From Candidatus Oxydemutatoraceae bacterium (GTDB taxonomy: Bacteria > Pseudomonadota > Gammaproteobacteria > Poriferisulfidales > Oxydemutatoraceae), in the NCBI GenBank assembly GCA_965219575.1, contig OZ244779.1, positions 1,409,928-1,473,927 of the forward strand: a DNA stretch of 64,000 nucleotides. Reading direction: 5' to 3'. The translations under genes were made by a program, and so were the position numbers. Under the pieces are notes generated by a model. The model was given only the letters and a program-made list of their open reading frames with translations, made no database searches and was not told the DNA's origin. Of this stretch, positions 59,454 through 64,000 are shown piece by piece (within the stretch, counting starts at the first letter, position 1; the number at the start of each line of letters is the position of its first letter).

Positions 59454-60212
59454 CTATTTTGTCGGAATACCTTTATAGCGTCGGTATTCGTTCCATAGTT
59501 TTTCCTGTTTTTGAGGGTCGGGTTCTGCAAGCGCAGCTTCTCTAATCTGTTTAGCAATTATATCATCATTGTCTGCCGGCGGTATGTCTTCGGGTAATTT
59601 ACCGTTGTTTAGTGCCCTTTTGTCATTCGTGCCGGTGAACGGAGGAGGGTCTTCGGATGAATCGCTTATCGCACCTTCGCTATCGGTTTGTCGAGTTGTC
59701 GGTGGTTCGGTACCCGATAATTCGCCGCTCGGTGTCGCAATTTCCGGTGTTCGTGTAGTGGTTTGTTCGTCGAAATCGTCGGAGACTTCGCTGCCGGAAA
59801 GCTCACTGCTCGGTGTTGCGGTTTGTTGGTTTTGCGAGTCGCCTTGCTCGGATTCGGCATTGTCCGCTTGTTCTGCATTGCTATCGGCACCTGCATTTGC
59901 ATCGTCGGAACTATTAGCATTGCCGGCATTACCACTATCTTGCTTTTGCACATCGCTGATCGTTTGCTTACAATCTTGCACCTGAGCGAGTGCATCCTTT
60001 AGAGCTTGATCCATCAGTTGTATGCGCTCTTCTCTGGTAAGAAGCATCATATTATCGAAGTCAGGCATCACGATAGGACAATCGCCTTCGTCTGCGGCAT
60101 CGTTTGCATAGAGCGCGGTCATACATAAAGCCAGCACCCCGGCAAGACATGCTCTGATAATTTTATTCCCCACTTGTGGATTTGTGCCGGCATGTTGCGT
60201 TCGGGCGGTCAT
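59454..60212 (-). CDS. Secreted acidic low-complexity protein
   Basis: The track ORF extends to 60539 only because it reads through the upstream MITE. The first Met outside the repeat is at 60212 (MTARTQ…). A signal-peptide-like region is followed by a D/S/E/A/N-rich tract. Confidence 0.4.
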   Translation of the reverse strand: MTARTQHAGTNPQVGNKIIRACLAGVLALCMTALYANDAADEGDCPIVMPDFDNMMLLTREERIQLMDQALKDALAQVQDCKQTISDVQKQDSGNAGNANSSDDANAGADSNAEQADNAESEQGDSQNQQTATPSSELSGSEVSDDFDEQTTTRTPEIATPSGELSGTEPPTTRQTDSEGAISDSSEDPPPFTGTNDKRALNNGKLPEDIPPADNDDIIAKQIREAALAEPDPQKQEKLWNEYRRYKGIPTK

Positions 60213-60215
60213 GTA

Positions 60216-60484
60216 GGGCTGTTGAAAAAGTGCGAACATCGCACAAATCCAACCGCTTTGCGCCGCATAATTATCCAACCCACCTGTAGGGGTGGGCGGA
60301 CATGTTAGTCCGCCCCTACTATATCTGCCCTTAAGTGCCGTTCTGCACAGCCGTAACCGCTTGCGGCGTATGGTTTTGGTTTCCATAAATCGGGTGAATG
60401 AATGTATAAATCGTGCCGGCCAACGCGTTACGGGCGGACATGCAAGTCCGCCCCTACATTGTATGAAATACTTTTTCAACAGCC
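60216..60484. repeat. MITE-like element, family A, full copy (two palindromes)
   Basis: It exactly fills the 277-bp gap between the aldolase stop and the next gene start. The terminal inverted repeats are intact. Confidence 0.8.
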
Positions 60485-60489
60485 CCATG

Positions 60490-61284
60490 TTAGTCCGCGC
60501 CTGCATCTTCGGCAAGTCTTTGCTGCAAATCATCGACATAATTTTTGGTATTGCTTCCTAAGGTCACGCAATCTACACCGACGGTAATCAATGTGGCACC
60601 TCTTTTTATCCACGGCACGACTGCGTCTACATTCATACCGAAAAATCCCAAGATTTTATTGTTCGATAAGCAGCTACGACAAATCGTGTCCATTGCATCT
60701 TGTATTTCCACATCGTCTATCATGCCTGCTTTGCCGTAACTGGCCGATAAATCGTAAGGCCCTATCAAAATTCCGTCAACGCCTTCTACCGATGCAATCG
60801 CTTCGATTTCGGAAACCGCGTCTTTGTGTTCGGCTTGTACGATTATGACGGTTTCTTCGGCAGCGGATTCTAGATAATCCTTAAACTCAAATCCGTAGCG
60901 ATGGGCACGTGCAAGACCTACGCCGCGTGTGCCGGCAGGTGGATAGCGACACCACGAGACGATGTCTTGTGCAACCTGTGCATTATTCACTTGCGGCACG
61001 ATAATCCCGGCAGCCCCTATATCCAGAGCATTTCTTATTGCAATTTGTTCGGCGTGCGAGACTCTGACCAAAGCGGGAATGTTGGCTGCTTGCAAGAGGT
61101 TTTGCAGATCATCGATGCCGAGTGCACCGTGTTCGCCGTCTATGAAAAGCCAATCCAGGCCGGCTTCGGATAACAATTCCGTGACTTGTGGTGCATTGAT
61201 GGTTACCATCGTGCTATTGAGGAAGTCGCCGTTGCGTAGCCGTTTGGCGAAGGTTTGATTTTGTTGCCGTATGCCTATAACCAT
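60490..61284 (-). CDS. HpcH/HpaI-family aldolase (2-keto-3-deoxy-sugar acid aldolase)
   Basis: Motifs LDWLFIDGEHGA and PALVRV…NALDIGAAGIIVPQV typical of the HpcH/HpaI/GarL aldolase family. Confidence 0.8.
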   Translation of the reverse strand: MVIGIRQQNQTFAKRLRNGDFLNSTMVTINAPQVTELLSEAGLDWLFIDGEHGALGIDDLQNLLQAANIPALVRVSHAEQIAIRNALDIGAAGIIVPQVNNAQVAQDIVSWCRYPPAGTRGVGLARAHRYGFEFKDYLESAAEETVIIVQAEHKDAVSEIEAIASVEGVDGILIGPYDLSASYGKAGMIDDVEIQDAMDTICRSCLSNNKILGFFGMNVDAVVPWIKRGATLITVGVDCVTLGSNTKNYVDDLQQRLAEDAGAD

Positions 61285-61340
61285 CTGCTTGATGAGTGAT
61301 TTGTATTCAGGTTGATAGGCTTCAATTCCTTAGTGTGCAA

Positions 61341-61556
61341 TCATAAAAATTTAATCATTAAGCCCACGGCTGCAATTATTATTGCAACAGCACCATAGAT
61401 TTGTTTGATTAGTCTTGTCTCCAGTTGCGCTATGACTGCATCGATATATTCTTTCGTCGCTACATCATCCATTCTGTTTATTTTTGTAGCAACTTCGTGT
61501 ACCATACTATCGCTTATGCCAGGTATTTTTTTTAATGCCTCATATACTATGTCCAT
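61341..61556 (-). CDS. Small coiled-coil protein with C-terminal TM (DUF1640-like)
   Basis: …VATKEYIDAVIAQLETRLIKQIYGAVAIIIAAVGLMIKFL has an architecture and motif like the DUF1640 family. Confidence 0.35.
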   Translation of the reverse strand: MDIVYEALKKIPGISDSMVHEVATKINRMDDVATKEYIDAVIAQLETRLIKQIYGAVAIIIAAVGLMIKFL

Positions 61557-61739
61557 TATTTCATCTCCTTGCTGACAATCTGTATTATCTCACAAATTAA
61601 TCGGATATCGGCTTTTTGAATTATGGCAATTTTATACCCTATGATATATTAGGGAACATTGTATAAAGCTATCGGGGAGAGGGTTATGTAATCCTCTCCC
61701 TTTTTTTACCGATATTATAAATTAAATAAGGAGTGGAAA

Positions 61740-61982
61740 ATGTTGACAAAATTTATACGAGAACTTTTTGAACCTTTAATAGAAGGGGTTCTTTGGCTAT
61801 CTTTGTTGGGTGCTTTTATAGCAGGAGCGTATGCGAATGGAGTCCCGGGCGTTTTAGTCGCTCTTTTAACTTGGCTGCTCATGTCAATCCTTTTTATAGG
61901 ACTTGCTTTGATTATCGTTGATATAAGAAACATCGTTAAAAAGATCGAAGAGCGTCAGTCCCATAGAGAGGCTGAAAACTAG
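61740..61982 (+). CDS. Small two-TM membrane protein, hypothetical
   Basis: 80-aa hydrophobic ORF preceded by an AAGGAG-like SD (ataaggagtggaaaATG). Confidence 0.3.
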   Translation: MLTKFIRELFEPLIEGVLWLSLLGAFIAGAYANGVPGVLVALLTWLLMSILFIGLALIIVDIRNIVKKIEERQSHREAEN

Positions 61983-61994
61983 TTCGGCAGCTAC

Positions 61995-62150
61995 ATACTT
62001 TAAGAAACTTGTGCAGATACGCCACGACCACCCCGTCAGGCTTTGCCTGCCACCCCTCCAAAGGAGGGGAATGTACCGACACTGTACCTTGTGCAGACAC
62101 TTGATAACCACCCAGTCAGACTGCGCCTGCCACCCCTCCACAGGAAGGAA
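61995..62150. repeat. Two tandem inverted copies of the family B hairpin repeat
   Basis: …CGCCACGACCACCCCGTCAGGCTTTGCCTGCCACCCCTCCAAAGGAGGGGAATG… twice. This is the reverse complement of the GGAGGGGTGGCAGGCG-n-AGCCTGACGGGGTGGTCGC unit. Confidence 0.7.
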
Positions 62151-62155
62151 ATAGA

Positions 62156-63112
62156 ATGAACGGTTATCTTGACTTTGAACAGCCCGTTATTCAATTAGAG
62201 GCAAAAATCGAAGAACTGCAGAATGTAAGCGGTCATAACCGATTGGATATTACACAGGAGATAAAGCAGTTAGAAGAGAAACGTAATAAACTGGTCAAAA
62301 GTATTTATACGGAGCTCAGTCCGTGGCAGATTACCCAACTCGCCCGTCATCAACAGCGTCCATATACCCTAGATTATATACAGGCGTTATTCACCGATTT
62401 TGAGGAATTGCACGGCGATCGGCATTATGCCGACGATGCCGCTATCGTCGCCGGTGTTGCACGTTTTGAGAAGCACTCGGTGGTTGTCATAGGTCATCAG
62501 AAAGGGCGAGATACTCAAGAGAAAGTCAGGCGTAATTTCGGTATGTGCAAACCCGAAGGTTATCGCAAAGCCAAGCGTATGTTTGAACTTGCCGAACGAT
62601 TTAGACTGCCGGTATTGACTTTTATAGATACGCCCGGTGCCTATCCCGGCATAGATGCCGAGGAGCGCAACCAAAGCGAGGCGATTGCTGCGAATTTGAA
62701 ATCTCTGGCACAGTTGGAAGTGCCGGTGATCTGCACGATTATCGGCGAAGGTGGTTCGGGCGGGGCATTAGCAATAGGTGTCGGAGATTATTTGATTATG
62801 TTGCAGTATAGCATTTATTCGGTGATCTCACCGGAAGGCTGCGCGTCTATATTGTGGAAGGATGCCAAACATGCCGACACCGCCGCTAGGGCACTAAAAT
62901 TAACTGCCGACGAATTATACGAGCTAGGTCTGATCGACGAAATCGTAGCCGAAGCAAACGGTGGTGCGCATCGCAGTTTCGATAGCGCATATAACGAATT
63001 GGCATCGGTTTTGAAATCACAAATTAGTCGGCTCACCCACCTATCTACCAAACAACTATTGGCAAAACGATACAAGAAGTGGGCCGATATCGGATACTTC
63101 ACAGATGTCTGA
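62156..63112 (+). CDS. accA: Acetyl-CoA carboxylase carboxyltransferase alpha subunit
   Basis: [21 protein letters not shown]…. Core motifs [14 protein letters not shown] and [10 protein letters not shown]. Confidence 0.92.
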   Translation: MNGYLDFEQPVIQLEAKIEELQNVSGHNRLDITQEIKQLEEKRNKLVKSIYTELSPWQITQLARHQQRPYTLDYIQALFTDFEELHGDRHYADDAAIVAGVARFEKHSVVVIGHQKGRDTQEKVRRNFGMCKPEGYRKAKRMFELAERFRLPVLTFIDTPGAYPGIDAEERNQSEAIAANLKSLAQLEVPVICTIIGEGGSGGALAIGVGDYLIMLQYSIYSVISPEGCASILWKDAKHADTAARALKLTADELYELGLIDEIVAEANGGAHRSFDSAYNELASVLKSQISRLTHLSTKQLLAKRYKKWADIGYFTDV

Positions 63113-64000
63113 TATCGACCGCAAGATAGTTTCAAAAGTACAAGACCAGCTTCAACAATTTTTAGACCACGGCAACGGTGAGCGTATCGTCGTTGCATAC
63201 AGCGGTGGATTGGACTCTACCGTGTTGTTGCATTTAACACGGAGTCTATCGGCAAAACTGCACTGCGAGTTATTGGCGGCACATATCAATCATCGTTTGC
63301 ATCCCGAAGCCGATGGTTGGGAGGTACACTGCCGCAGACAAGCAGCACGCATGGGCATTGCGTATCGAAGCGAGGTAGCGCGGGTCACCGATAAACATCC
63401 ACAGGGCGTAGAGGCGGCAGCTCGTGAGTTGCGTTATAGTGCATTGCAGGGCATGATGCAAGCGGGCGATGTATTGCTGACCGCACACCATCAAAACGAC
63501 CAAGCCGAGACCGTGCTATTGCGTTTGTTGCGCGGTGCCGGCACTACCGGCCTTAAAGCAATTCCGGAATATCGTGCTTTGCCGGAAGGTGTACTGGTGC
63601 GACCGATGTTATCCGTACCTCGCGCCGACATTCGCCGCTATGCACAAGTGCATCGATTAAACTGGCTGGACGACCCCGGCAACGAGGACTTGCGCTATGC
63701 TCGCAACTACATAAGGCACCGTATTGCGCCTATACTGGAAGCACGTTGGCCGACATGGCAGCGGACTATCGCAAGGGCTGCGACACATCAAGGCGATGCC
63801 GATACGATAATTACTAACGAGATAAAACGATATCTTTATCGCTGTTTGCTACCGAACAGTTTGAATTTACTGCTCAGAGCTTTGCTGGCACTACCTACTG
63901 CGTACCGTCATTCGGTATTGCGCGCATGGTGCAAGTTGAACGATATACCGCTACCCGACACGCGCCAACTCAGATATATTTGCGATATGGTTTCCGAACA
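63105..64000 (+). CDS. tilS: tRNA(Ile)-lysidine synthetase, 5' portion (continues beyond window)
   Basis: PP-loop [12 protein letters not shown] near the N-terminus. Overlaps the accA stop. Its position after accA matches the enterobacterial arrangement. Confidence 0.8.
   Translation, partial: MSDIDRKIVSKVQDQLQQFLDHGNGERIVVAYSGGLDSTVLLHLTRSLSAKLHCELLAAHINHRLHPEADGWEVHCRRQAARMGIAYRSEVARVTDKHPQGVEAAARELRYSALQGMMQAGDVLLTAHHQNDQAETVLLRLLRGAGTTGLKAIPEYRALPEGVLVRPMLSVPRADIRRYAQVHRLNWLDDPGNEDLRYARNYIRHRIAPILEARWPTWQRTIARAATHQGDADTIITNEIKRYLYRCLLPNSLNLLLRALLALPTAYRHSVLRAWCKLNDIPLPDTRQLRYICDMVSE

Noticed and set aside
16119-60484. Possible CRISPR array suggested by the many repeats
   Set aside because: The repeats are 150-290 bp, irregularly spaced over tens of kb, and carry terminal inverted repeats. 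No short regularly spaced direct repeats with unique spacers are present, and there are no cas genes.
59454-60539. 361-aa ORF in the track
   Set aside because: Its first ~109 codons are read-through of the family A MITE (peptide …LLKKYFIQCRGGLACPPVTRWPARFIHSF…). The real gene most likely begins at the first Met outside the repeat (60212).

Overview
This window is chromosomal DNA from a repeat-rich gammaproteobacterium. The placement in a large sulfur-bacterium-like lineage is inference only. Conserved housekeeping operons are present: aceE-aceF-lpd (minus strand, start of window), an ABC-2 exporter pair, dusA, an FAH-family gene, a PstS-like binding protein, a yejABEF-like peptide/microcin ABC importer, a yafS-like methyltransferase with rnhA, dnaQ, and accA-tilS (end of window). 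They are interrupted by several accessory regions. The first accessory element is an abundant 200-290 bp MITE-like repeat (family A, terminal inverted repeats GGCTGTTGAAAAAGT, internal 12-bp-stem palindrome GTAGGGGCGGAC/GTCCGCCCCTAC). It occurs at least 11 times and fills many intergenic regions. Two shorter repeat families (B and C) co-occur with it. The second accessory region is a ~17.4 kb mobile/defence island between rnhA and dnaQ. It carries an Rpn-family nuclease, an IS110-family IS inserted exactly into a MITE palindrome, a 5'-truncated Rpn remnant, a TPR protein, a TcmP plus DUF5131 (phage Gp37/Gp68) pair, a Type I R-M operon (hsdM-hsdS-ORF198-hsdR) with an unknown translationally coupled ORF, a membrane pentapeptide-repeat protein, an N-terminal AAA-ATPase remnant, and a Panacea(DUF4065)-DUF488 fusion. 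The third is a 3299-aa secreted giant protein with 4-5 tandem ~650-aa modules and GLUG-like GGLVG repeats. The fourth, and the strongest candidate for a new system, is a minus-strand module of a small TM peptide, a MotA/TolQ/ExbB channel, and two paralogous proteins whose N-termini are ExbD/TolR-like TM segments (conserved Asp retained) fused to a coiled coil and a vWA domain. The fifth is a four-gene envelope operon (PEGA and FGE-sulfatase domains, lipoprotein, acidic secreted protein) flanked by TPR paralogs. No rRNA, tRNA or CRISPR array was recognised.
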